Shown here: positions 11,576 through 23,614 of the stretch, in pieces
Layout of the letters: each line of letters opens with the position of its first letter
Numbering within the stretch: the first letter of the stretch is position 1
Origin: Octopus sinensis
Lineage: Eukaryota
Assembly: GCF_006345805.1 (NCBI RefSeq)
Contig: NC_042997.1
Coordinates: 155,062,001-155,126,000 of the forward strand
Direction: 5' to 3'
Length of the DNA: 64,000 bases
Notes under the pieces: model-generated
The model's input: the letters and a program-made list of their open reading frames with translations, nothing else
Databases searched by the model: none
Told to the model about the DNA's origin: nothing
Translations under genes and position numbers: made by a program

Positions 11576-12581
11576 TAATAATAATAAAAGTGAAGATAAA
11601 ACAGTGTGCGTGTTTAATTGGCAAAAAATGACCATCTCAAAATATAATAATACAATTAAAAAATTCTCCATTAAAAGAAATAACATTTTCCATAGGTAAC
11701 TAAATAATAATTTGAATATTTTCTGCAGCTTATCAAATTAATTTACTGCATTTTTTCTTGGTTTATGTCACATTTTTTGTTTATCATTTTGATAGCTTCT
11801 TGGCCTTCCTACTTCTGGAACACAATAAAATTTTTGTTACATGATCTGTATTATAGTTTCCTCTTGTATCTCAAGATCATCGACACTGCCTTTATTTCTG
11901 TCTCTTCTTCTTTGATTACATCATTCATTTCCTATGTTTCTAACTTCGTGATCAACTCCACACACCAGATATCTATCCCCTTTCACTCCACCAGACTCAC
12001 CATCATACATACACATATACCAAGTCCAGGCATGTCTAATCAACAAGGTCACCGATCCAATAGTATCCCTTCCAAATAATCCTTCTCAATGAACCCTAGA
12101 GCTAGCCCCATATTAACTTAACTCTTCGATCTCTCTTTCTCTCTCTCATACAAGAACACAGTTTTGTTATTAACACAATAATAATTATTCTTATTGATGA
12201 GAAAATCTAAATGGTTGTTTTCTTTTTAATTTTATATGTCCATATTCTTAATGAAAAACACTGCCTGGGCTTCTCAATTAATTTTGAAATTATCAAGAAA
12301 TTGGACAGATTTAATAAAATAAGTTTGTCATTACATAATACAATATTCTTACATAAAATAACACTGTAATGTAAATTAAAGCAAATGGCTTTGTATCAAG
12401 GAAACAGGCAATTTCAGGTGAGTTCTTATAAGATGAGTTAAACTGATTCCTACTTCAACTAATTGTCATACTTGATTTCAAGTAACTGTTCTTTGGCTTT
12501 TATCTTCATGCTTTATTGAATATATAACAATATGCAAACAGTATCAAAATCAAAATTTAAAAAAAGTAATTACATCCTTAC

Positions 12582-12654
12582 AATTTTTGGAGGTTTGATT
12601 CGTGGAATGAAGGTCGATTCAGTGCCAAGAAGAGGAGATTTGAAAGTATAGAAA
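12582..12654 (-). CDS. DEPDC5: DEPDC5 exon 15: FYTFKSPLLGTESTFIPRIKPPKI
   Basis: 73 nt, tttcAG/GTaagg, SFYT..S.......F.PRIK motif. Confidence 0.93.
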
Positions 12655-14065
12655 CTGAAATTAAATTTTTTACAAATATTAAAAATTTAGAACATTTTCA
12701 AACAAATTGTTTTAATTACAAAAAAAAAAAATAGATCACATTGAGTACTTATACTAATTGCATTCTAACTTCAGGTTCTATTCATAAGAATATTGTAATG
12801 TTATTTTATAATACACTACAGTAAGGTCCAGTCGTTGTTGCAGTGAGGTGGCTTGAGTACCTCAGTGACTCTGAGAGCAATGCCAGTGGAGCAAAAGCTC
12901 CAGGTAGGTCCTTCAATGTTGGACAAATGAAGGGCCAGAGGCCAAACTTATACGGACTGCCTCTCCCCAGAGATAAAACTGGGTTTGCAAAGGGCCAACA
13001 TTCCTACCTAAAAAAGCAAGGTTATAGAATCTTCGATGACAATACAAAACCAATAAGACCTGAGAGATGAAGGCCTTCCCTCAGGAAAACACATGATGCG
13101 GTGAAGCTAAATCCCAAAGGAAACTGTAAAGAAGCAGAGATCCAATTGGAGAGAAGAAAAGACAGCCCAGTGTTGAGAACAAAGGAGAAAAGTCATCAAT
13201 TTTGTTTTCCACTCATTTACAACTATCATGCTATGTCAAGATAAAGTAACACACACACACAGACACACACATGATGGGATTCTTTCAGTTTCTGTTTACC
13301 AAATCCACCCACAGCTGGGGGGTATAATAGAAGACAGTTGCACAAAGAGCCACACAGTCGACTGAACTTGGAGCCTTGTGGTTAGGGAGAAAACGTCTTG
13401 ACCACAAAGTTACATGTACAATAAAATGTGTTCTACCAACATCTTGTTCCCTTTACCCTCTCATTCTGGTTTTTCTTGAGTCACTGCTCTCATCTGGTCA
13501 CACTCTTAGTCATGTTGCTGTGAATAAATAACAACAATGTAGAGTAGTGGGGACTCTATAGTCACGCAGGGTATAAGGCAACTTCAGCACCCTGTATACT
13601 CACTAAAGTGGTTGGCAAGCCAGCAGAGAAAATTTTGGGTGAAAAAACCCCCTTTGCTCTTTGCCCATGACAGGTCACAGGGTAGAAGATGACCTCTAGA
13701 CCTTGTGCCATGATAGAATGCACCCCATTTACTTTGTAAAGTAGCTAGCAAGCAAGCTGACAAAATGTAAGGTGACAAAGACCCTTTGCTTTTTGCCTAG
13801 GACATTACAACCTTTCTAGTACTGGTGCTATGATCAAATGCACCTAGTATCGTTGGTGTTAGGAAGGTCATCCAGCCAAAGAAACCAAGCCAAAAATGAA
13901 GTATATGAAGTCCTCCAACACATTTAGGAGAACAACTAATTTGAACTGTGATGACTTGTTCAACCCATATTAGCAGGAAAAGTGGAAGTAAATTGATGAA
14001 GAATTATAATAAAGAGAAAATGACAGAACAAAACCTTACATCATATATAACATAACTTTACCTAC

Positions 14066-14139
14066 CTGTGGTTCATCCAATGAGGAATATTATAATCATC
14101 TCCGACTTCCAAAGTGATTTTCTCAGTTTTACTATGGAA
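14066..14139 (-). CDS. DEPDC5: DEPDC5 exon 14: FHSKTEKITLEVGDDYNIPHWMNHS
   Basis: 74 nt, ttttcAG/GTaggt, DDYNIPHW motif. Confidence 0.96.
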
Positions 14140-14589
14140 CTGAAAACATGGATTCATATTGTTAATTATAATGATCAATCATCATCATCACTTCATCAAC
14201 AACAACATAGGATTTTTTTACCTTATACTGAGATAAGCTTCATTGGATGACTGTTCTAGCATCTTGCAAATGAATAACCAAAATATTTTGAGATTTAAGA
14301 AGCTTTTGGCAGCAAGATGATATTAGAATTTTCATAAAATGATACATCAGAAGACTAGAAATTCATGCCTAAATCACCACCTGGTTTTAACACTAACACC
14401 TTCAAAGTCAAGTAGCTCTCAATTCAGGCTCACTCTACAGCTGTTTGTGTAGGGTGTCATTTACTATATCTTCAGGTCAACCCAAACCTTGTAAGATGAA
14501 ACTGAGAAGAGAAAAATTGTGTTAATGCCCATTCGATGGATTGTACCTGTTCTTTGATGAAAAATAAACCCAATGACTGCACATCTTTT

Positions 14590-14915
14590 ATCTTTTACTT
14601 GCTTCAGTCATCAGATTGTAGCCATACTGGGCTACTGCCTTGAAAAATTTTAGTCAAACAAATCGACTTCAGAACTTATTTGTTTTTTTTAAGTCTGGTA
14701 TGTATTTTATCACTCTTTTGCTAAATCACAAAGTTATGGGGACATACACACATATCTGATAAACTTTATTCAATTTCTGTCTCCCAAATCCACTCACAAG
14801 GCCTTGGTCAGTCTGAGTCTATAATAGAAGACACTTGCCCTAGGTGCCATGCAGTAGGACTGAACCCAGAACTATGTGGTTGGGAAACAAACTTCTTACA
14901 ACACAGCCACACCTA
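14590..14915 (-). mobile_element. SINE family A
   Basis: Reverse complement of the family A consensus. Further partial copies at about 7000-7380, 13250-13400, 20327-20470, 33463-33760, 35130-35260 and 40385-40490. Confidence 0.8.
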
Positions 14916-15386
14916 CACCTATAATTTTTTATTATAATCCACTCTATTGCAAACATTCAGATTAGCTCACCAATTTCTTCCTCCCCTTCCCTCACCTGTC
15001 TCAGTGACCCTGAATTAATCCATAAAAAAAAATAAGACCCTTAGTAGAATTACATTCAAATCAAACAACGGATCACTCACTGCCCACATATTTCCTGCAG
15101 ATGTTCAAGCTGGGTCCCAGCCACATCAATTGAATCAGTCTAGAACATGAAATGGTCATGAACACTACACTTTCTTTTCTCACTTAACTTTTATAAAAAT
15201 ACAGTAAAATTTTATAAAAGGAACCAGAAAATATCTTCATATAAAGTCTTAATTAAAAAATTGACCATAGACTGTTCAATATAAAAGTCTCCAGAAGTTA
15301 ATGAAAATACACTGTCATAATGAAGCATGAATGATTGAAAACTGAATGATAGGTTAATAATATCATGATCAAATATAAATATTTAC

Positions 15387-15448
15387 TTTAAATAGAGGTG
15401 CTGCATGTAGTGGTTGCTCTCCCATACAAACCAAATCACTTCCAATAC
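15387..15448 (-). CDS. DEPDC5: DEPDC5 exon 13: [21 protein letters not shown]
   Basis: 62 nt, tttatAG/GTaaat. Confidence 0.97.
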
Positions 15449-15724
15449 CTATAAAGAAAAGTAGTTCAAAGTCAATTTTTGTTTGTATAAAGTTCCAAAA
15501 TTTAAACAGGAGCACAACAAAGGAACATATGGAAAATTCATACAAGACAAAACATTGCTCATTCCTCATTAATTTCATCCAAAAGATCCTTACAATTTCA
15601 TGCCTTATATAGATATTATTATGTAGGCAGGGTAAAATCTAAACTGTGTCCTCTTGAAGTACATCTGCTTATTTCAGTATTACAATCGAGTATGTAGTTT
15701 TTGTAGTTGTTGTATTGATGTGAG

Positions 15725-16325
15725 CAGGGTCATCGCTAAGCCCCTGCAACTCCTGCGGTCACAGGGGGCCTCCACAGTTGAGGGGCCCATGTTAAGATCA
15801 AAGTACGTAGATGAGTCATCTATTTACTTTGGTTAAGAGGTTGAACAACAATTAAACTATCTATGTTAACTTAAAATTTCAAGAAATAAAATGGTAATAC
15901 ATTGTACCTGCAAACGTTTTGTAAAAATATACTGTACTATGAACATGTACCAGACTTTGTGTATTGCCTATGATATTTATTGAACATGAACTTAAGCTCT
16001 CAGCTTGATTATTCTGAACTGATTGATGATTTTGTGAAGCAAAAGGTACACCGTATTTGTCTTTGAAAGTTGCTTGGATGAAAAAAGTGCTCTTTTATTC
16101 ATATCTGGAATTTTTACTTATTGTAATTTGTAACACCTAAATAAATTTAACTTGTTGTACTTTTAAAGACGTTCTTTAGGATAATGTAAAATATTGAACT
16201 TCAGATAAAATAAAGTAAAATATAACTATGAATAAAAGGTGTGTAGATTATGAATTTTGATTGAAGGGATGGGGCCTCGAAACAAAAAGTTGCAGGTAGC
16301 CTCTAAAAGTCATGCGACAGAGCTG
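15725..16325 (+). mobile_element. Non-autonomous hAT element
   Basis: Degenerate CAGGG..TCGC TIRs; 8-bp TSD GATGTGAG/GATCTGAG. Internal remnant resembles the hAT dimerisation-domain end (LDYSELIDDFVKQK). Confidence 0.75.
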
Positions 16326-16489
16326 GATCTGAGATATATAAAAATATATTTTATTGTGTCTGGGGAGAATCATTTTGTTATAATGCCTTATTAATTAACA
16401 CACTCACTGGTTCGATTTCCACTTATTTACTTATTTATTTTTTCTAAAATTTTTGTTTGCTTCTTACAAGAGGTTGCAAGAAGCAATGA

Positions 16490-16620
16490 AAACAAGATTT
16501 TATATAGTTACCCAAGGTTTCGCACCCCAAAAGCCAAAGCCTATAGAGTCTGATGAACTGTCCACAAGGCTTTGGCTTTGTGGGTGCAAAATCTTGGGTA
16601 ACTCTATATGAAATTTTGTT
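16490..16620 (+). ncRNA. Decayed type I hammerhead motif (16543-16607) inside an inverted duplication, Penelope-like
   Basis: Perfect 7-bp stem I (ATAGAGT/ACTCTAT), CTGATGA core and GTA triplet. GAAAC is mutated to AAAAT but is intact in the inverted arm. Confidence 0.55.
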
Positions 16621-16702
16621 GTAATAATTACTGCTCTATTTTTTAGAGTGTGCTTCTTTCTGATACATGTTTTTTTTATTAAATATATGTGCGTGTGTGT
16701 GT

Positions 16703-17105
16703 CATCATCATCATCGTTTAACGTCCGCTTTCCATCCTAGCATGGGTTGGATGATTTGACTGAGGGCTGGTGAACCAGGTGGCTGCAACAGGCTCCAATC
16801 TTGATCTGGTAGAGTTTCTACAGCTGGATGCTGTTCCTAACGCCAACCACTCCAAGAGTGTAGTGGTGCTTTTACGTGCCACCGGCACAGGGGCCAGCCA
16901 GGCAGTACTGGCAACGACCTCGCTTGAATATTTTTACACATGCCACCGGCATAGATGCCAGTAAGGCGATGCTGGTAACGGTCATGCTCAAATGGTGTCT
17001 TTTACGTGCCACCGGCACAGAAGCCAGTTAGCCACTCTGGCAATGATCACGCTCGGATGGTGCTCTTAGCACCCTACTAGCACAGGGCTCAAGTGCCAGT
17101 AAGGT
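16703..17105 (-). mobile_element. RTE 3' end fragment
   Basis: (CAT)n-CGTTTAACGTCCG...CTACAGCTGGATG...GTGCCACCGGCAC. Like fragments lie at about 18990-19285, 24030-24178, 27016-27367, 31153-31460, 32481-32830, 34190-34490, 45925-46095 (minus) and 33780-34036 (plus). Confidence 0.85.
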
Positions 17106-17426
17106 GACATGTATACACACACACACATATATATATATATATATTTTGAAAGAAGGGGAAGTCACATACATCAACCCTCCCCTAACACTCAACTTGTACT
17201 TATATTATTGACCCCAAAAGGATGAAAGGTAAAGTTGACCTTGGTAGTACTTGAATTCAGAATGTAAAGACTTGAGAGAAATGCTAAAGAGCATTTTATC
17301 TGATGCAGTGATGATTCTGCCAGCTTGCCACCTTATTGTTTTTTGCTATTAAAATCTCAAATGTTAGAGCTTCAATTCTGAGCTCCAAAGTATTAATCAA
17401 ATAAGATGAAGGTAGGATTCACTTAC

Positions 17427-17561
17427 CACAATCGATTGTTCTGTGCTTTGTAATGTTTGTTAATTCACGATCAACTTCAAACACACCTGGTCCAGGAGTT
17501 ATAACTACAGCTACTTGGCCCGTACGATCAAAACTTCGATCAAGATAATAACGCTCAAACA
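17427..17561 (-). CDS. DEPDC5: DEPDC5 exon 12: [46 protein letters not shown]
   Basis: 135 nt, ttttcAG/GTaagt. Confidence 0.97.
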
Positions 17562-17796
17562 CTGAAAAAACATGGTAATACAGAGCATATGAATAATGTT
17601 AAGCAGTTTTACATACAAGTTTAAAACATTTCAAAATACTCTCTCTCACTCTCTTTATTTCTCCATTTCTTATAGCTTAGCCTAATGTCCATATGTGTGT
17701 GTGTATGCATACATGTAGGTATTTATGCATGCATTTGTGTATAGAGATATACACATATTCCAGTGCATATATGTGTCCATATGTGTTTTATATGTA

Positions 17797-17972
17797 GGTG
17801 CAGGAGTGGCTGTGTGGTAAGTAGCTTGCTTACCAACCACATGGTCCTGGGTTCAGTCCCACTGTGTGACACCTTGGGCAAGTGTCTTCTACTATGGCCT
17901 CAGATCAACCAAAACCTTGTGAGTGGATTTGGTAGATGGAAACTGAAAAAAGCCCATTGTATATATGTTTAT

Positions 17973-18020
<48 letters not shown>

Positions 18021-18228
18021 TTGTATGTCAGTGTTTGTCCCCCCCAACATTGCTTGACAGCCGATGCTGGTGTGTTTACATCTCCGTAATCTTGCGGTTC
18101 GGCAAAAGAGACTGATAGAATAAGTACTAGGCTTACAAAGAATAAGTCTTGGAGTCGATTTGCTCAACTAAAGGTGGTGCTCGAGCATGGCCACAGTCAA
18201 ATGACTGAAACACAAGTAAAAGAGTACT
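17797..18228 (+). mobile_element. SINE family A, full length
   Basis: Head GGAGTGGCTGTGTGGTAAG...GGGTTCAGTCCC, (TG)n centre, tail CAAATGACTGAAAC...GTAAAAGAGTA. Confidence 0.88.
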
Positions 18229-18557
18229 TAAATACACAGATGTATATGCCTTACTTCTACAACTTTTCTATATCTAACAATGTAACAAAGTTTATCTCCC
18301 ATACCTTGCTATTTTATGCATAGCATGCAATAAAGACAAGCTAGAGCTTCCAAGAGTACTGAACTAATGCAACTGATGCTCTCCTTCAACAGATGTAAGT
18401 TGAAACAGCTGTAGGAAAAACATGTTTATCTCTGCATATAGCTCATATGTCAGGCAGATGAACAGGATAGCTTTTATGAAACCATGAAGCTCTCCTGCAA
18501 AATTGCCACAGTTACAAATAACAATTACAAATGGAGAAGAAATAAGTGAACACTTAC

Positions 18558-18745
18558 AATTAAGGGACATATTCAAGGTTTCTAAGAAGTTGCCCTGAGA
18601 GGCGGTTGAGTTTTCAGCTGGTGGCACAGTTAATCCACATGCCTCATGGTAGCGAACCACTTTCCGCGGATATTCATTAAAAATAACACGTAACTGAATT
18701 AAGGTACTAGCCCAATCTTCATAACGCTCATTCTGCACCACAATT
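18558..18745 (-). CDS. DEPDC5: DEPDC5 exon 11: IVVQNERYEDW...NSTASQGNFLETLNMSLN
   Basis: 188 nt, caaatAG/GTaagt; VVQNER and NST.SQGN.LE motifs. Confidence 0.96.
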
Positions 18746-18852
18746 CTATTTGAGAACAGGAAATAAAATTTTGATGAAACATTAACATTAGAAAAAAAAT
18801 TCAGATTAAAACAAGTTTTAAAATTTAGAAATCAGAAAAAAAAATACAAAAC

Positions 18853-18925
18853 CTGTAGAAATCTTCATAGAATCTTCCTTTGTAATCTTGCTGAATCCAA
18901 TCACGAATAATTTCAGGAAATTCAT
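18853..18925 (-). CDS. DEPDC5: DEPDC5 exon 10: DEFPEIIRDWIQQDYKGRFYEDFYR
   Basis: 73 nt, ttctAG with a weak donor AG|GTtttg; EFP...GRFYEDFY motif. Confidence 0.95.
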
Positions 18926-19954
18926 CTAGAAAATAGAAAAAGAACATATATCCAATATGTACACAATTTCTTACAACATAAACAATAACATCATCATCGT
19001 TTAACGTCTGCTTTCCATGCTAGCATAGGTTGGATGATTTGACTAATGACTGGCAAACCAGATGGCTACACCAAGCTCCTATCTAATCTGGCAGAGTTTC
19101 TACAGCTGGATGCCCTTTCTAATACCAACCACTCCGAGAGTGTAGTGAGTGCTTTTACATGCCACCAGCATGAGAGCCAGTCAGGCGGTACTGGCAACAG
19201 TCATGCTCAAGTGGTGTTTTTTACGTGCCAACTGCACAAGACCCAGTCCAGCAACACTGGCAACAACCTCACTCAAATGTTTTAATGTCTTTCCTTTTAT
19301 TGTAGTCCTTAATTATAAAATATACACAACAGTAACAGTGGAAACCAGCCTTGTCTTTTGCTTTGTGTCATATTCTTGGTATGGTTTTCAAGGGTGGATT
19401 TCTATTCTGTTGCCAACCACTTTACTGTATGAAGTGAGAGAGAAGTTCTCTACTGGAACTAAAGAGTTCTCTCTATCTTCTACTCATCATCATTTTAATG
19501 TCTACTTTTCCATGATTGCATAGGTCAGAGTTTATTGATGCAGATTTTCAACAGCTGGATGCCATTCCTGTCACCAACCCTCACCTGTTTCCAAATAAGA
19601 TACTTAGTTATGTTGCCCTGAATGAGCAGAAACAATATAGTATAGTGAGGATCCTCCTCAGTGTTACCGAGTAGAAGGCATCCTCACTAGAACTGGTGCC
19701 ATGATAAAATGCATCCACTACAATCAGGAGGGGTAGTCCCCTGACCACACCTAAGAGGGCAGTAACTCCTCATAAGACTTAAAGCATGGATGACCATGAA
19801 AAGTAGATGTATGATGATGATGATGATGGTGATAATGATAACGACAACAACGACGATGATGATGATGGTAGTGATGATGATTTAAAATTTTCAAGGAAAG
19901 GAAAATGGAATGCTTTCTCCATCTTTCCTATAAGGATAACTTGATACTACTTAC

Positions 19955-20024
19955 CACAACTACTGGCACTGTAGAATGTACGGGAAAATAGAACAATAGT
20001 GACATCATGGCAACAATTCTGTTC
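19955..20024 (-). CDS. DEPDC5: DEPDC5 exon 9: EQNCCHDVTIVLFSRTFYSASSC
   Basis: 70 nt, atttcAG/GTaagt, H.VT.VLFSRTFY motif. Confidence 0.96.
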
Positions 20025-20537
20025 CTGAAATAAATGAACACGAAAATATGAATTATGCCAGAGGGAAACAGATATAGCTGTGTACAAGAGGCAAGAAAGA
20101 AGGGATCCTCAACCAGACTTTTCACAGACAAAGAAAAAAATTATAACTTTTTCTGGGTGTGTAACGGAATGGGATAGGTACAGACTAACCACAGACCAAA
20201 CAAATACTGATTGATGACAAACCAGATGAACAGTAATTAGCTACAAACCAAATGAATTCTAATTAATGACAGTCCAGATAAATAGTAATTCATGTTAAAT
20301 TCAGATAAATACTAATTATGAACACTAGGTGTGGCTGTGTGGTTAAGAAGCTTGCTTCCCTGCCATGCGTCATGGGTTCAGTTCCACTATTTGGCACATT
20401 GGGCAAATGTCTTTAAGTGTCCCTGGCCAACCAAAGCCTTGTGGGGACAGAAACTGAAAGAAGCCTGACGAATATAAATATACAGACAGACAGATAGATG
20501 TAAAACCACAAAACCTCCTATGAGGCCAGCAGAAATA

Positions 20538-21762
20538 TCAAGTCATTAAGAAGGAAATGTTCGATTTTGAACTGAAAGTTTATTTTACTTTATTTCAACA
20601 AAAAGCAATGCAGTTAATTAAAGTATGCACCTAAATTATCGACACAATTTTGCCATTTTATTGGTAGCTTATTTATGCCAGCGGCATAAATAATATATTT
20701 GCATCTACTACAGATTTGAAATTTTTTCCTTGCAAAAGTTGTCAAATGCCTGGAAAACAAGAGAGTCAATTGGTGCAAGTTCTGGTGAATATGGTCGATG
20801 ATAGAGTACTTCCAAGTTCAGTTCCTGTAACTGGAGTAGCGTTTTTGTGCAACATGTGGTTGAGCATTGTCTTGCAAGAGAATTGGCCTGTCTCTATTGA
20901 CCAATCTCGGTTGTTTAATTGCAAGTTCATTAATCTTTTCAATTGGTTGATGTATACATCCACTGTAATTGACTTACCAGGGCTCATGAAGCTGTAGTGG
21001 ATGACACCAACACTGGACCACCAGACAGACACCATTAGCTTTTTCTGATGAATATTCATTTTTGGGTTGTGTTTTGGTACTTGGTCTCTATTAAAGCACT
21101 GTGCAGAATGCTTGCTATTGTTGAAAAGAATCCATTTTTCATCACACATAACAATACGATGCAAAAATGGTTCACTTTTATACCATGACAGCAAAGAACA
21201 AGTTTCAAGACAACATGTCATTTGATGCTCATTCAGTTTGTCAGGTACCCATTTATCCAGTTTGTTTCAGATGGTCCAATACAGTTGGAATCAAAAAACA
21301 AACTTTGCTGCTAATTCACGCATAGTTTGAGATGTATCCACTTCCACTACAGCTTCCAGCTCATCATTATCCACCTTGGTCTCAAGTCTACCATTGGGCT
21401 GATTTTCAAGAGCAAAGTTACCAGACACGAATTTCTCAAACCATCAACGCTCTCATTCACTACATCTTTACCAAACAAACACCTCACTGATATTTCAAGC
21501 TGCCTGAAATTCATTGGTTCCATGACGGAACTCATATTCACAAACAACATGAATTTTTTTATCTATCCATGGGTTCACAAAAATTGATTTACAAGAGAAA
21601 ACCCACAATATAATCAGACACCATGAATTGCATTTTTAAAAAGTGATGATGTAACTCTTCAATGTTGTAAAACAAAGAATTGTCAGGATAAAACATTAGA
21701 GTTAACGACTGTCAAATTCCGTGCATAAAAAAAAAACAGACATTTCATTCATAATGACCTGA
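20538..21762 (-). mobile_element. Near-full-length decayed mariner transposon
   Basis: TIRs TCA(A/G)GTCATTA..AA.GAAATGT with TA flanks; broken transposase (IVMCDEKWILFN, KKLMVSVWWSSVGVIHY). Confidence 0.9.
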
Positions 21763-21853
21763 TATTAATCTATTTATGCCATTAAAAAAAATTTGCATAT
21801 TTGCCATTAAAATTATTTATAGAAAGTTTTGAAGAGAAAATGACAGTGCTTAC

Positions 21854-21994
21854 CTTCCATTTAGCAAAGAGATCTGTAAGGAACCCATTGACAGCTTTCT
21901 CAAAATATAGATCCCCATGGACATCAAAATCCCACATTTCAGAGCTCATCTGGATAAAAATCTGGACCACAGCAGTAGAAGATCGGAAAACTAT
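21854..21994 (-). CDS. DEPDC5: DEPDC5 exon 8: [47 protein letters not shown]
   Basis: 141 nt, ttctAG/GTaagc; the most conserved DEPDC5 block. Confidence 0.98.
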
Positions 21995-23149
21995 CTAGAA
22001 AAGAAAGACAAAAGAAAAATTAAGAAATTATGAAAAAAAAAAAGTTAAAATACTCTAGGAATATGATATGAAAGTTCTGAGATGTTTTGTTTAATGATGA
22101 AGAGGAATTACCCATTTAGCTATTTAAAGGCAGTATTTTCTCTTTTTCTTTTAATGAATTAGTCTAGAGGAAAAGGCTATGCTCTTGCCCTCTTGCCATT
22201 CTGAAGAGCTTCCAAGAGTACTGAACTAATGCAAATGATGCTCTCCTTCATCAGATGTAAGTTGAAACAGCTGTAGGGAAAACATATGCAAGGAAGGCAT
22301 TCCATGATGTTTTGGAGAAGATTAGAGCAAAGTCTGGGAGATGGATGACAACACAGGTGTCAAAAGGAAGATAATGATGTATCAGGTTGAGTCTAACTTG
22401 AAGTTTGTATAAAATTACTAATTGTTTGAAACTGACATATTTTATTGCTTCAAAGAGGAAGGCCAGCCTTGATGATGAAATCTATTATGTGGATAATGTG
22501 AGATTGCAAGGAGAATCATCAATGGTTATCTCTCATGGTAATCTATAACCCACTAGCTCACTTAGTTTTACCTATAATGCAATATAAGAGTCACTGTACA
22601 CATTCATTGATACAATACACTTATAATATGTCAAATTTTTCTGTTCATTGAAAAGGTTGAAGTGAAATATAAGCTTTCATTTTCAAGTAATCAACTAATG
22701 ATTCTAAATAAAAGTATCACAACACTGAAATAGGCTTCCCCACCAGCAAGTGAAAAATTTGGCAGAAATACAATAATGTATGTTTGTCTCTTGATGGTTA
22801 CATTTAACATATTTAAACAACTGAAGAAAGATACTCATTAGTAAGACTATTTTGATTTGACAGGGCCCAAAGAGTACATCATGCATGTGTGTTTACTTGG
22901 CATGGTTTCTACATCTGTATGCCCTCCCTAATGCCAATCATTTTACTGCATGTACTGGGTACTATTTCATGCCACCAGCACTAGTGAGATCACCAAGTAG
23001 CTTGCAAGAGACAACTGAACCCCAAATAGGTAGGAAAGCACTTTATGCTAGGAATGAGGCATGGAAAGGGGTCATACATAAGGAAAAGAAAAAAAGGACA
23101 GATGGAATTATTAAATGTTTGAGAAAGCACATAGCAGCTTCACACTTAC

Positions 23150-23219
23150 CCTTGTGTTATCGTCAATAACTCCACATGTCACACGTTCTCCTTTTGACCA
23201 TAACTCACTCACCTGACAC
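23150..23219 (-). CDS. DEPDC5: DEPDC5 exon 7: CQVSELWSKGERVTCGVIDDNTR
   Basis: 70 nt, ttttAG/GTaagt, ELW...E.V.CG.I..DTR-like motif. Confidence 0.95.
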
Positions 23220-23400
23220 CTAAAATGGAGAACAAAGTTGGTTTATTACATTTCAAAATTATATACAATCATCAACAGAATGTTTATTACTATAATAAAC
23301 CTAAGGATGCAACTGAGTTTAAGATATTCAACAGTACAAAATATAAAAATTTTGATGATGATCTGTCAGCATTCTGATCATTGACTCAAGCTAGAATTCC

Positions 23401-23614
23401 GCCGTCCAAGAATTTGGACCTGGAGATCTCCATTTCCAGCGACTTCAAGGGCCACCTCCCAGTGGTGTCGGGCATCAACAAAGAGCCCTCAACTACAACA
23501 AGATGACCAAAGTTATTTTTTGTTTTCCAAAGTCTGGGGTCTCCCACCCCTAAGCCCTAGACTATCACCTAATCACTCTTACCCGTCTTATTGCTTAACA
23601 ACAACAACAACAAC
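23401..23614 (+). mobile_element. 5'-truncated retroposon 3' end with (AAC)n tail
   Basis: Exact 12-bp TSD AGCTAGAATTCC at 23389-23400 and 23615-23626. Confidence 0.8.

Noticed and set aside
14430-14480. CTGAAGA...CAAACAGCTGTA on the minus strand
   Set aside because: G12 is missing and stem I does not pair; at best a very decayed relative of the 22201 family.
17797-17880. tRNA-like heads of SINEs
   Set aside because: Only A/B-box remnants, no cloverleaf, and they continue into SINE bodies; not tRNA genes.
20766-21221. 151-aa ORF, and the 195-aa ORF at 51224-51811
   Set aside because: Fragments of mariner transposase and RTE reverse transcriptase, not host genes.
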